Positions 46,350-55,824 of a DNA stretch of 56,061 bases are shown here, one piece after another; position 1 is the stretch's first letter; each line of letters opens with the position of its first letter. The stretch lies in NCBI GenBank assembly GCA_028706105.1, contig JAQWCF010000002.1, positions 1 through 56,061 of the forward strand. The letters run 5' to 3'. Made by a program: the position numbers and the translations under genes. Source of the DNA: Candidatus Margulisiibacteriota bacterium (GTDB taxonomy: Bacteria; Margulisbacteria; Riflemargulisbacteria; GWF2-35-9; DYQY01). The notes beneath the pieces are model-generated. The model searched no databases and was not told where the DNA came from. It saw nothing but the letters and a program-made list of their open reading frames with translations.

Positions 46350-46399
46350 TATGGGTTCAAATGGGAAAAGATAAAAGACTAAAGATAGGGGGAGTTGTT

Positions 46400-47866
46400 A
46401 TGAAAATTTTATTTGTAGCTTCAGAAGTTGTACCTTTTGCGAAAACTGGTGGACTAGCTGATGTAGCTGGAGCTTTGCCAAAGGAATTAACCAAGCTTGG
46501 GCATGAAGTTATTGTGGTAATGCCTAGATATAGAATTATAAATAAAGCAGATTATGATGCCGAGCTAGAAGTTTCCAATTTAGAAGTTCATATAGGCAAA
46601 GCTTCTATTAATGGCGCTGCTTATAAAGCTATGATTCCTGGCTCTAAAACACCTATCTATTTTTTAGAAAATGATCAGCTTTATGATAGAGCTGGCCTGT
46701 ATGGAGAAGCGGATAAAGACTATCCAGATAACGCTGAAAGATTTATTTATTTTTCCAGAGCTGCTCTTCTTTTAGCGAAACGTTTAAATTGGAAGCCAGA
46801 TGTTGTCCATTGTCATGACTGGCAAACAGGTCTAATCCCTGTATATTTAAAAGAATATTCTAAGATAGATCCATTTTTTCAGGGAGTTAAGTCCTTGTAC
46901 ACTATCCATAATTTGGCTTATCAAGGAGTTTTTGATAAACAAATCATGGATAAAACAGGCTTAAGTTGGGATTATTTTTCAGTAGATAAATTAGAGTTTT
47001 GGGGAAAAGTAAATTTTATGAAAGCAGCACTTTGTTACGCTGATAAGATTAATACTGTTAGTGAGAGATATAGTAAAGAAATTCAGTCTGAAGAATATGG
47101 ATGTGGACTTCAGGGCGTGTTGATTAATCGAAAAGATGATTTGTCTGGAATCTTAAATGGTATCGATTATTCGGTTTTTTCTCCAGATAAAGATAAATTA
47201 ATCCCTGTTAAATATTCATGGGAGACAATTCAGAGTAAAGACGATAATAAAAAAGCGCTTCTTGAAGAAGTTGGGCTTAAGTATAAGAAAAACACTCCTG
47301 TTTATGGGATAGTTTCTCGCCTTGCTGAACAAAAAGGGTTTGATATTTTAAGCAAGATTTTTGAGCAATTTTTGCAGCAAAACATTCAGATAGTAATTCT
47401 TGGAACAGGTGATCCTCTCTATCATGTATCTTTGAAAGAATTAGAAGCGAAGTATCCTAACAAGTTTAAAGTAGTTTTGAAATATGATGCTAAGTTAGCA
47501 CAACTTATTTATGCAGGTTCGGACTTCTTTATAATGCCATCGAGGTTTGAGCCTTGTGGCCTTGGTCAGTTAATTAGTTTGAAGTATGGAACTATCCCTA
47601 TAGTGAGAGAGACGGGTGGTCTAGCCGATACTATTATTGATTTTGATCTTGCTAAAGACTTTGAACACGACAGAGGGAATGGCTTTGTTTTTTCTGGATA
47701 CAACAGTGAAGAGTTGTTACAGTCACTCAGAAACTCTTTAATGGTTTATCATGATGAGATGGCCTGGCAGAAGATTAGGCATAATGCGATGAATGGTGAT
47801 TTTTCTTGGAAAGCATCAGCTAAGAAATATGTGGAACTGTACGAAACAATAACCTCTCCCGTTTAA
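46400..47866 (+). CDS. glgA: glycogen synthase
   Basis: MKILFVASEVVPFAKTGGLADV is the canonical GlgA N-terminus. A GGGGGAG SD lies at 46388-46394. The track start at 46361 adds 13 unlikely residues. Confidence 0.93.
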   Translation: MKILFVASEVVPFAKTGGLADVAGALPKELTKLGHEVIVVMPRYRIINKADYDAELEVSNLEVHIGKASINGAAYKAMIPGSKTPIYFLENDQLYDRAGLYGEADKDYPDNAERFIYFSRAALLLAKRLNWKPDVVHCHDWQTGLIPVYLKEYSKIDPFFQGVKSLYTIHNLAYQGVFDKQIMDKTGLSWDYFSVDKLEFWGKVNFMKAALCYADKINTVSERYSKEIQSEEYGCGLQGVLINRKDDLSGILNGIDYSVFSPDKDKLIPVKYSWETIQSKDDNKKALLEEVGLKYKKNTPVYGIVSRLAEQKGFDILSKIFEQFLQQNIQIVILGTGDPLYHVSLKELEAKYPNKFKVVLKYDAKLAQLIYAGSDFFIMPSRFEPCGLGQLISLKYGTIPIVRETGGLADTIIDFDLAKDFEHDRGNGFVFSGYNSEELLQSLRNSLMVYHDEMAWQKIRHNAMNGDFSWKASAKKYVELYETITSPV

Positions 47867-47896
47867 GATAAATTTAAGAATATTAGCATTAATAAA

Positions 47897-47925
47897 AAAG
47901 ACCTGCTTTAAGCAGGTCTTTTTTA
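47897..47925 (+). terminator. rho-independent terminator after glgA
   Basis: The stem agacctgct/agcaggtct is followed by TTTTTT. Confidence 0.85.
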
Positions 47926-47928
47926 TTT

Positions 47929-48174
47929 GAAGGGATGTCCTGGGGGAGACATCCCTTCTTAGACTACGCTATCTAAACGTTGTTGGGGGGAAGAGGGTTG
48001 TTTAGATAACGTAATATATCTAATATATCGATTAATTGCTTTGCTTATTGCAGACAAGATATATTGATAAATTTTGGTGTTTCAGAGCATTAAAAAGGAG
48101 CGTTGGGGGGAACGCTCCTTTGAAGTATCAATATCTAAACGCTTCGAGGGGGGTCGAGGGGGGTGCGTTTAGAT
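47929..48174. ncRNA. array of four hairpins with homopolymer-G (C on the minus strand) loops; possible structured RNA or 3' UTR
   Basis: Hairpins lie at 47929-47958 (loop ctggggga), 47971-48007 (loop contains gggggg), 48094-48121 (loop gggggg) and 48133-48174 (loop tcgagggggg x2). Hairpins 2 and 4 share the stem atctaaac/gtttagat. Confidence 0.35.
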
Positions 48175-48390
48175 TATTGTATGCTTGATTTGTTTGGCCT
48201 GTCGTATAGCTATTTTCGGGACAACATCTCTATTGTGCACATAGCTAATGGTATAAAACTTTTTATTTCCTTCTTTATGACTATAAGCGGTGTCATAGGA
48301 GAATATTTTTTTTGTTTCGTCTCCTGTAGCTGGTGCTGTTTGTAGGAAAAGAAAGTTTCTTACTTTTAAAGCTAGTTCTATTATTTTCAT
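48169..48390 (-). CDS. small hypothetical protein (73 aa)
   Basis: I moved the start to the ATG at 48390, which is preceded by AGGAGGTGA. The track ORF begins 30 nt further upstream. I recognise no family. Confidence 0.5.
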   Translation of the reverse strand: MKIIELALKVRNFLFLQTAPATGDETKKIFSYDTAYSHKEGNKKFYTISYVHNRDVVPKIAIRQAKQIKHTII

Positions 48391-48569
48391 CCTACTCACC
48401 TCCTGTTTGTTTGCTTTCATATTAAGTTATCGAGCAGAAGTTTTAATATTCCCAATTATTTTTATATATTTTTGAAGTATATAGTTACATCGTGTGCAGT
48501 GACTATATTAAATTATCGATAACTACTAGGCAATATTGCAATAATTTGGTCCTATTATTCCTTAACCTT

Positions 48570-48599
48570 TTGACCTTTCAATCTTGAGAACGCTATAAT
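48570..48599 (+). promoter_or_regulatory. TTGACC-18 nt-TATAAT promoter upstream of yebC
   Basis: The -35 is at 48570-48575 and the -10 at 48594-48599. An AAGGAG SD lies before the ATG at 48646. Confidence 0.5.
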
Positions 48600-48645
48600 T
48601 ACTAATATCACGATAATTATTACAATTATTAATAAAGGAGTAGAT

Positions 48646-49413
48646 ATGTCAGGACATAGTAAGTGGGCGAACATTAAGAACCGTAAAGGTGCTCAGGATG
48701 CAAAAAGAGGTAAGATTTTTACGAGATTAGCTAAAGAAATAATTATTTCTGCGAAGATTGGTGGTGCAGAGGTAGAGAATAACCCAAGATTAAGGATGGC
48801 TATTCAAAAAGCGAAAGCAGAAAACATGCCAAATGATAACATTAATAGAGCTATTCAACGCGCAGTTGGTGGCGGAGCTGGTAATGAAATCGAGGAAGTT
48901 ATGTATGAAGCATATGCTCAAGATGGCGTAGCGGTTATTATTAAATGTGCCACAGATAATAAAAACAGAACAATGCCAGAGATACGGACTATTGTTTCTA
49001 AGTCAGGTGGGAATATGGCTGAAAAGGGTGCTGTGTCTTATATGTTTACACAGAAAGGTTTGTTTGTTTTTGAGAAAGGCAAAGCCACTGAAGACCAAAT
49101 TTTAGAATGTACCTTTGATTATAATTTAGAAGATATCGTTACCAATGAGGATGGTTCAATTGAGGTGATTTGTGATTTTGAAAGTTTTGTAGATGTTAAG
49201 TCTGCATTAGATGAGCATGGACTAGAAGCGGAGACTTCTGAATTAACCATGATTTCTTCTTTAGCTGTTCCTATTAAAAAGAAAGAGACAGCAGAAAAAT
49301 TCTTGAATTTGATCAACAGAGTTGATGATCATGAGGATGTGCAGAATATTTATCACAATGCTGACATTAGTGATGAAATTATGGAACAGCTAGACGCTGA
49401 AGGGCTTCTTTGA
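48646..49413 (+). CDS. yebC: YebC/PmpR family transcriptional regulator
   Basis: 255 aa beginning MSGHSKWANIKNRKGAQDAKRGKIFT. Confidence 0.93.
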   Translation: MSGHSKWANIKNRKGAQDAKRGKIFTRLAKEIIISAKIGGAEVENNPRLRMAIQKAKAENMPNDNINRAIQRAVGGGAGNEIEEVMYEAYAQDGVAVIIKCATDNKNRTMPEIRTIVSKSGGNMAEKGAVSYMFTQKGLFVFEKGKATEDQILECTFDYNLEDIVTNEDGSIEVICDFESFVDVKSALDEHGLEAETSELTMISSLAVPIKKKETAEKFLNLINRVDDHEDVQNIYHNADISDEIMEQLDAEGLL

Positions 49414-49721
49414 TGGATGTAGATGACAGTATAGAAAGAGAGAAAACTCTTTTCGAGTCATTAGTTTATACTTTAAACATGACTGCCATGCAACAACTTG
49501 GAAAAGCAGGAGATTTGTTGCAAAAGAAAAAGGTTGATTTCCAAGGAGCGATTGATTCTCTTGACCTTCTAAAAGCACTTAAGTCTAAAACTTTAGGCAA
49601 TTTGTCTGACGAAGAGAGTAGGTTTTTGGATAAAATCATAGAAAATGTTTCAAAGTATTTAGCAGAAATTTCCTCTCAACAGGATATTGGTTTCTCTGAA
49701 GTAGAAGTAGAGGAAGCATAG
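49413..49721 (+). CDS. DUF1844 domain protein
   Basis: The segment ...SLVYTLNMTAMQQLG...AIDSLDLLKALKSKTLGNLSDEE is read directly. The ATG overlaps the yebC TGA (TGATG). Confidence 0.7.
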   Translation: MDVDDSIEREKTLFESLVYTLNMTAMQQLGKAGDLLQKKKVDFQGAIDSLDLLKALKSKTLGNLSDEESRFLDKIIENVSKYLAEISSQQDIGFSEVEVEEA

Positions 49722-50648
49722 ATGCGCTTTTTGTATGGTGAAGAAACGTTATTATTAACTCAAAGAGCTATGGAGCTAAAAGAAGAATTTGTAACAAAGA
49801 ATGGTGATTACTCTTATGAGGAATTTTCAGAAAGTGATCAGATCGAGAAGTTTATCGATGCTTTTTCCTCGATGTCGTTATTCTCAGCAAAGAAAATGAT
49901 TGTTTATAAAGGTCTTCCTAAGGTTAGAGAAGATTATGAAGAGTATTTTCAGAAATTGTTATATGAACAGCAAACGGCTCATGATATTGTCTTTATTTAT
50001 AGGGGAAAACCTGATAAAAGAAAAAAGTTTGTTAAATTCTTGTTAAAAAATTCTGAAAGCGAATCTTTTGAGCCCTTTAGCATTTGGAAGAAAGGCGAAG
50101 TAGTTGATTGGATTTTAAGTAGAGAAAAAATAAGAGGATTTAGTATTAATAGAGCCTCAGCGGAGCTGTTAATTGAGTTGGTAGGTACTGACTTGTGGTC
50201 TATCGAATCGAATTTGTTGAGAATGGAGACCTATGTGCTTCCCGATAAGGCTATAAGTGAAAAAGATGTAAGGGAATTATCAACATTAGGAGAAAAAGGT
50301 ATTCTTGATATTTTTGAGGCTTTAAGAAAGAAAGATAAAATCTTATATAAATATGTTTTTGAAACCAATAAGCCAGAGGACATTATCGCTTTAATTGGTG
50401 GAATATCTTCACATTTAAGGCTTATATTATTACTTAAAAGTACTAATTATTCTTTTTTAGATGATTTAGCTACACGAATAAATAAGAAAAGATTTTATTT
50501 AGAGAATTTAACAAAAGATATTAAAGGTTGGAGTTTCTCTGAAGCTAAATCTTTCTTGTCTGAACTACATCAATTAGATTTCGACATTAAGGCTGGAAAA
50601 GTTAAGCCATTGGTTGGGCTAGAATTAGCTCTTTCCCGGCATGTTTGA
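49722..50648 (+). CDS. holA: DNA polymerase III subunit delta
   Basis: 308 aa. The call rests on the YGEE N-terminal pattern, the length and the genomic context. Similarity is weak by eye. Confidence 0.65.
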   Translation: MRFLYGEETLLLTQRAMELKEEFVTKNGDYSYEEFSESDQIEKFIDAFSSMSLFSAKKMIVYKGLPKVREDYEEYFQKLLYEQQTAHDIVFIYRGKPDKRKKFVKFLLKNSESESFEPFSIWKKGEVVDWILSREKIRGFSINRASAELLIELVGTDLWSIESNLLRMETYVLPDKAISEKDVRELSTLGEKGILDIFEALRKKDKILYKYVFETNKPEDIIALIGGISSHLRLILLLKSTNYSFLDDLATRINKKRFYLENLTKDIKGWSFSEAKSFLSELHQLDFDIKAGKVKPLVGLELALSRHV

Positions 50649-50679
50649 TTTAATAAGAGAAAAGGAAAAAAATTAAGTT

Positions 50680-51072
50680 ATGAGTAGAAGAGAGATTGAT
50701 TTGCATGGATTATATTGCGAACAAGCGGAGTTGATTCTTGAGAGAGAATTGCTAACCTCTTCTGGTGTAACGGAGCTGGTGATAATTCATGGTAAAGGAA
50801 CGGGAGCATTAAGGGAATCTGTTATGAAAACTTTATATGCGCACAAAGATAAGTGGGTCGATATTATTAAGGGTGAGAATACAATGGAAATTGGAGACTC
50901 AGGTTTTTTAAAGGTAAGGCTTAAATATAAGGAAATTATTATTAATAAATACTCACCAAGAAAGAATAAAAAAAGTGAAGAAAGTTTAATCGAAAATACT
51001 TACCTAGATGGAGTTAATGAAAAAAAAGAAAAAGGAAAACAACGTTATCTGAAGAGGATGAAAAGGAGCTAG
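50680..51072 (+). CDS. Smr domain protein
   Basis: IDLHGL...VIIHGKGTGALR is the Smr signature. Confidence 0.8.
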   Translation: MSRREIDLHGLYCEQAELILERELLTSSGVTELVIIHGKGTGALRESVMKTLYAHKDKWVDIIKGENTMEIGDSGFLKVRLKYKEIIINKYSPRKNKKSEESLIENTYLDGVNEKKEKGKQRYLKRMKRS

Positions 51073-51074
51073 AA

Positions 51075-51923
51075 ATGAGAATTGCAATTATTGGTGCAGA
51101 TGGGATGTTGGGGAGTGAATTTGTTTCTTTATGTAAGATAAGAAAGAAAGAATACTCTGAATTCACTATAAAAGATGTAGATATAACTAATAAACAGACA
51201 TTAGCTGTCGTAGAACAATATGCTCCAACAGTTATCATAAATTGTGCAGCTTATACAGCTGTAGACAAAGCAGAAGATGATAAGTTGACTGCCTTTGCAG
51301 TAAATAGTGAAGGTGTTAAAAATTTAGCTGAATTGGCGTTAAGTCTTAATGCTAAATTTATTCATTTTTCGACTGATTATGTTTTTCCTGGTGATGGAAT
51401 AATCCCTTATGTAGAGAATGATAAAACTGGACCCAAAAGTGTTTATGGTGAAAGTAAGCTGCAAGGCGAAGAGCATTTGAGAAGAGTCCTTGTAGATAAA
51501 CAGTATTTGTTGTTAAGGACGGCTTGGCTTTATGGTGAATATGGTAATAATTTTGTTAAAACGATGATAAGATTGGCTCGTGAGGGTAAAGATATAAAAG
51601 TTGTAAATGATCAATTTGGAAGCCCCACTTTTGCTAAGGATTTGGCTGTTTGGACGATGGAGCTGATTGATAAAAACATCAGCGGAGTTTTTCATGCAAC
51701 TAATAATGGTGCTTGTAGTTGGTATGATTTTGCTAAGAAGATTTTTGAATTACAAAAGATGTCTGTTAATTTAACTAAGTCTAGCAGCGAGCAATACATT
51801 ACAAAGGCAGAACGACCGAAGTTTAGCATCATGGATAATTCTAAACTAAAAAAAGCTTTGGGGTATTCGATAAGAGAATGGCAAGAAGCATTGTCAGAGT
51901 ATCTTTTATTGACTAAAATATAA
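51075..51923 (+). CDS. rfbD: dTDP-4-dehydrorhamnose reductase
   Basis: 282 aa with IGADGMLG, INCAAYTAVDKAE, STDYVF, YGESKLQGE and GSPTFAKDLA. Confidence 0.88.
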   Translation: MRIAIIGADGMLGSEFVSLCKIRKKEYSEFTIKDVDITNKQTLAVVEQYAPTVIINCAAYTAVDKAEDDKLTAFAVNSEGVKNLAELALSLNAKFIHFSTDYVFPGDGIIPYVENDKTGPKSVYGESKLQGEEHLRRVLVDKQYLLLRTAWLYGEYGNNFVKTMIRLAREGKDIKVVNDQFGSPTFAKDLAVWTMELIDKNISGVFHATNNGACSWYDFAKKIFELQKMSVNLTKSSSEQYITKAERPKFSIMDNSKLKKALGYSIREWQEALSEYLLLTKI

Positions 51924-51966
51924 ATTATATAGACGAATACTTTTTGTCTTGTAGTGGGGGGAAGTT

Positions 51967-53976
51967 TTGAACATAAAAAAAGCATATAATAAAAGGGCTC
52001 TTTATTACCTTATTCCAATCTTTTTTGTACTAGCATCATTTTTTTTAACCCTTATTATTGTTTCTCATTTAAACTCTAGTAACAGTATCATCTTGGACGA
52101 GATAATTGTGGAAAAGTTGTTTGAGCAAACAAACTCTTTAGAAACTGCTTTAAATAAAATTGATAATATAGATGCTAAATTAAGCTTAATAAAAAACTTT
52201 AAAACCTCAAGTAAATATTTTTGGGCTATTGATAAGGATGAACGAGTTCTTTATCATCCCCTTAGCTATTACATTAGTAAATTATCTTTAGCTGAATTTA
52301 AGGATCAGAAAGGAAATCCCTTTTTATTAACGTTAATCAATGAAGCATTAATCGTAGGTAAAGCATCAATTATTTATTATTCATCAGCTGAGGATGGTGT
52401 AGTTGTTAGGAAGATTGCGGTAGCTAAACTTTTAGAAGGCAGCGATATTATAATTGGAACTGACTCAGTTGCAAAAGAAACAGTAGTAGACCAAAAAATA
52501 ATGTTATGGCTATTTGTTTTGTCTTTGTTTGGGTATGTTTTTGCTGTTACTTCTTATGTCATCATCAAGAAAAAACGAGTTTCGAATGATGTTAAAAGGT
52601 TTTCCAAAGAGATGACTGCCTTATGTGATAATGTTGTTAGGTATGAACCAAGTTTTGAAATTTGTAATACTTTTTTGCCATTACAAAAAGAGTATGTACG
52701 GTTAGTAAATTATTTTAAAGAGTTCGTGCATAAATCAAGTAGTTTGTCAGATGATTTGCATGCCAATCTTGATTCTTTAGAAAAAAATGTTTTAGAGATT
52801 TCTAGCAATTTTCATAAACTTACAACGGCTTTGTTTGAGGTAGCTAAAGGTGCGATGTCACAGACGGATAGATTATCAACAGTTACTGGGGCAATTGATC
52901 AGGTTGGTCAGAGCGTTAAAAATATTAATGATAACGTGAAAATTCAGAATCAAAGTGTTCAAAACAATACGATTGCGTTGCAGAATACTAGTCAGCTAAT
53001 ACAAGTTTTAAATGAGAACGCTCAAATACAAAGAGACAAGATAGAGTTAACCAGTGAGAACATGACAGGAACATTAGAAGCAGTTAATAAAATAAAAGAT
53101 AACACAAAGAATGTTTATAACAGTTCAATAGCTTCTTCTGAAGTTGCTGAAAAAGGTAAAATAAGCGTTGAAAATATTTATCAAGAAATGAGTGATATTA
53201 AAAAAATAGTTGCTGATTCTTCTAAAAAAATTAGTGATTTATCTCAATATTCTAGGAGGATTGAGGATATTATTGATATTATCGATGATATTGCTGACCA
53301 GACGAATTTATTGGCACTTAATGCTGCGATAGAGGCAGCTAGAGCTGGAGAAGCTGGTGTTGGATTTGTGGTTGTTGCAGACGAGGTTAGAAAATTAGCT
53401 GAGAAATCTGGCAAGGCAACAAAAGAAATAGCAGATTTGTTATATACAATACAAAATATCACTAAAGAAGCAGCACAATCAATGGATAAGAGTAATGAGC
53501 AAGTTGAGCACGGTGTCGCCCAGACAGAGAATGCTAAAATTGCTTTACTTAATATCATTGATGCCGTTGATAATACCGTTAGTATGGTTGAGAATATTTA
53601 TACCTCTTCGGAAAGTATGTCCAGTAGTTTTGACAGCGTTATGCGTATTACAGAACAACTTTTTGCTTCAGTAGATGAAAATTCTGTTTCGATTAAATCT
53701 TTGGCTGATTCTTCAAGAGCAATTGCTGAGAGTTCGACGGATGTTTCTGCCATTTTTTCCAAGAGTATAGAAGAACTAGATTTAATACAAAATAGTACAG
53801 AGCAAATGCTGTCTGAGACAAAGGAAATAAGTAATATCGCTACAGATAATAATTCCATTGCAGAAGAAGTTACCGCCTCTGCCTTTGATCTTACTCAAGC
53901 AACAGATATGAATGTTAAGTTAATTCATAACATTAGAGGTTTATCAACACGTTTAAAAGAGTTTTTAGATAGTTGA
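51967..53976 (+). CDS. methyl-accepting chemotaxis protein
   Basis: 669 aa with a TTG start and a GGGGGG SD, two TM segments flanking a sensor domain, and the signalling hairpin [38 protein letters not shown]. Confidence 0.9.
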   Translation: MNIKKAYNKRALYYLIPIFFVLASFFLTLIIVSHLNSSNSIILDEIIVEKLFEQTNSLETALNKIDNIDAKLSLIKNFKTSSKYFWAIDKDERVLYHPLSYYISKLSLAEFKDQKGNPFLLTLINEALIVGKASIIYYSSAEDGVVVRKIAVAKLLEGSDIIIGTDSVAKETVVDQKIMLWLFVLSLFGYVFAVTSYVIIKKKRVSNDVKRFSKEMTALCDNVVRYEPSFEICNTFLPLQKEYVRLVNYFKEFVHKSSSLSDDLHANLDSLEKNVLEISSNFHKLTTALFEVAKGAMSQTDRLSTVTGAIDQVGQSVKNINDNVKIQNQSVQNNTIALQNTSQLIQVLNENAQIQRDKIELTSENMTGTLEAVNKIKDNTKNVYNSSIASSEVAEKGKISVENIYQEMSDIKKIVADSSKKISDLSQYSRRIEDIIDIIDDIADQTNLLALNAAIEAARAGEAGVGFVVVADEVRKLAEKSGKATKEIADLLYTIQNITKEAAQSMDKSNEQVEHGVAQTENAKIALLNIIDAVDNTVSMVENIYTSSESMSSSFDSVMRITEQLFASVDENSVSIKSLADSSRAIAESSTDVSAIFSKSIEELDLIQNSTEQMLSETKEISNIATDNNSIAEEVTASAFDLTQATDMNVKLIHNIRGLSTRLKEFLDS

Positions 53977-53977
53977 T

Positions 53978-54553
53978 TTATAAGTTAGTATAGGAATCTA
54001 AATTAATCTCAGCTGTAGCTTTTTTGATATTTTTTAAGGGAATAAAAATTTTTATTTGCAATCCTTTTGCGTTTTCAGTCTGATAAGGTATTTTAATAGC
54101 AGAGATTAATTCATCGAGCATAATTTGATTGGGATTGTTATTAAGTCGTTGTTGAAAAGAATATGCTTCTTTTCTTTTTTTGCTTTGGATAGAGAGTGTT
54201 CCGTTACAAGAAATTATTATGATAATTAGAGAAAAAAGCCCTTTCCCTTTGCTGTTTTTATATGTGGAAAATTTTTCTTTAATGCTAACTAATATTGGAG
54301 CCTCGAATCCCGGTCCGCTATCATCAGCATCAATGTATAGGTAGTCATTGTCGGTAGAAATAGTTACGTCTATAGGATTATTGTTATTATGTTTACTGTT
54401 TTCGGCTAGGATGCCTATAAGGGCGGCAATCGTTTTGGTATGAAAAGTTTCTAATGGGAAGGTTTCAATAAGTGTTGGCAAATATTCCTTACCATAATGA
54501 ACTAAGGTTTTTGTTTTATTTTCAAAAGCAGGAACAGTAATGTGAGTAATCAT
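53978..54553 (-). CDS. GHKL (HATPase_c-like) ATP-binding protein, anti-sigma/kinase-like
   Basis: 191 aa with an N-box-like AENSKHN, the DxGxG-like DADDSGPGF, and GKGLFSL. Confidence 0.55.
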   Translation of the reverse strand: MITHITVPAFENKTKTLVHYGKEYLPTLIETFPLETFHTKTIAALIGILAENSKHNNNNPIDVTISTDNDYLYIDADDSGPGFEAPILVSIKEKFSTYKNSKGKGLFSLIIIIISCNGTLSIQSKKRKEAYSFQQRLNNNPNQIMLDELISAIKIPYQTENAKGLQIKIFIPLKNIKKATAEINLDSYTNL

Positions 54554-54560
54554 AGTTGCT

Positions 54561-54569
54561 ATTATACCA
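54561..54569 (-). promoter_or_regulatory. extended -10 (TGgTATAAT) 7 nt upstream of the ATG at 54553 (leaderless-type)
   Basis: The minus strand reads caaTGgTATAAT-agcaact-ATG. Confidence 0.45.
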
Positions 54570-54661
54570 TTGAAGATATTTTTAAATTATCTTCTTATTA
54601 GTTGCAGTCGGGTGTAAAATAATAAATTAGAAAATAGCATGATACAAAGGAGGTGAGTGAA

Positions 54662-54943
54662 ATGAAAAAGCAGATAGTAATTCTAAGTTTAAGTTTGTTT
54701 GTTTTGGTTTCTTTTGGATTTGCTGCAAAAAAAGCAGAAGTTGTTGAGGTTAAGGTTCCAGTGAAAGTCAGTGTTGATGTTCAAGTGACTGGTGATATAA
54801 AGGTAACCGAGGATGCTAAAGTAACTAAAGATGTTAAGGTTATTAAGGAAGTTAAGTCCCCTAAGTTAGTTGAAGAAAAGGTTAAAAAAGTAATCGAAAA
54901 ACCTGTGACAGTTGTTGTCCCAGAGGTAGATGCTACAAAATAA
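54662..54943 (+). CDS. small secreted Val/Lys-rich repeat protein
   Basis: I chose the ATG at 54662 after the AAGGAGGTGA SD. MKKQIVILSLSLFVLVSFGFA is a signal peptide, followed by VKV/VTxD-type short repeats. Confidence 0.7.
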   Translation: MKKQIVILSLSLFVLVSFGFAAKKAEVVEVKVPVKVSVDVQVTGDIKVTEDAKVTKDVKVIKEVKSPKLVEEKVKKVIEKPVTVVVPEVDATK

Positions 54944-54949
54944 CTAAAT

Positions 54950-54985
54950 TGTCTAAATAGGATACAGTTGTATCCTATTTAGACA
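54950..54985. terminator. 17-bp perfect hairpin between convergent genes (bidirectional terminator candidate)
   Basis: The hairpin reads tgtctaaataggataca-gt-tgtatcctatttagaca. Confidence 0.65.
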
Positions 54986-55020
54986 GAATAAATATTCCGC
55001 AAATTGTTAATAATTAAGTG

Positions 55021-55809
55021 CTAATATAAATTGCAAGAAGCTGATTGCTGAAGAGTAGAATCAATATCCATGTCAAATAGTGTTGAAATATTTTTTGCAG
55101 TATAGACTATACTGCGTGGCCCATCTGCAACAATTTTGCCGTTTTTTATAAGAATCACTCTGCTAAATTCCTGTAGAATATCGCTTAGTTGATGAGTTAC
55201 CATAATGAGCCCTTGTTTTTTGATTATTAAATTTTGAATGCTAGCCTTTACTATGGATTGCGCTTTGATATCAAGTGAATTAGTTGGCTCATCCAAGATA
55301 AGCATTTGTGGATTGTGTACAAGCGCTCTGGCGATCAGAAATCGTTTTGCTTCTCCCGAGGACATATTGTTAATTGTTTGTTCTAGAAGATGGCTAATTT
55401 CGAGAACTTTACTAATTTCTTTTGCTTTTTGTAGTTGTGTCTTACTAAAGTTATGATTGAAGACGCCAATACTTCCATCAAATCCAGACAAAATGATATT
55501 TAGCCCAGAGGCTTTACGTTGATAATTGGCTTGCAGTTCATTAGATACTAGTCCAATTTTATGACGTAATTCGGAAAGCACCCAATGGGTTTCTCCTAAT
55601 AATTTAATTGGGTTATTCGCGTGATAGAGTGGTCTGATGTCTCCTGTAATAAGTTTTATAAGTGTTGATTTCCCCGAACCATTGGGCCCCAGTATAGCAA
55701 TTTGTTCATTTATTGCTATTTTAAGGTTAATTCTGTTAAGGATGAGCTTGGAATCACGTTGGACTGAAGCGTTATTGAGTTCTAGTAAAATATCAGTAAT
55801 TTTTTTCAT
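55021..55809 (-). CDS. ABC transporter ATP-binding protein (stand-alone, ModF/YlmA-like)
   Basis: 262 aa with Walker A GPNGSGKST, the signature MSSGE and Walker B LILDEP. Confidence 0.88.
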   Translation of the reverse strand: MKKITDILLELNNASVQRDSKLILNRINLKIAINEQIAILGPNGSGKSTLIKLITGDIRPLYHANNPIKLLGETHWVLSELRHKIGLVSNELQANYQRKASGLNIILSGFDGSIGVFNHNFSKTQLQKAKEISKVLEISHLLEQTINNMSSGEAKRFLIARALVHNPQMLILDEPTNSLDIKAQSIVKASIQNLIIKKQGLIMVTHQLSDILQEFSRVILIKNGKIVADGPRSIVYTAKNISTLFDMDIDSTLQQSASCNLY

Positions 55810-55815
55810 ATGTAA

Positions 55816-55824
55816 AGTTTATCA
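55816..55824 (-). promoter_or_regulatory. extended -10-like TGaTAAACT 6 nt upstream of the ABC ATPase ATG (leaderless-type)
   Basis: The minus strand reads TGaTAAACT-ttacat-ATG. Confidence 0.35.

Noticed and set aside
46361-46399. Track start of glgA at 46361 (MGKDKRLKIGGVV extension); similarly GTG/TTG track starts at 43137, 54653 and 49410, and the ATG at 48420
   Set aside because: In each case an internal ATG is preceded by a proper SD. The internal ATG also gives the canonical N-terminus (glgA), a signal peptide (54662), or a stop/start overlap (49413).
47942-48163. G-quadruplex reading of the G-runs
   Set aside because: The runs are tens to more than 100 nt apart and each sits in a hairpin loop. 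Only the last two (48147-48163) are close, which is too few tracts for an intramolecular G4.
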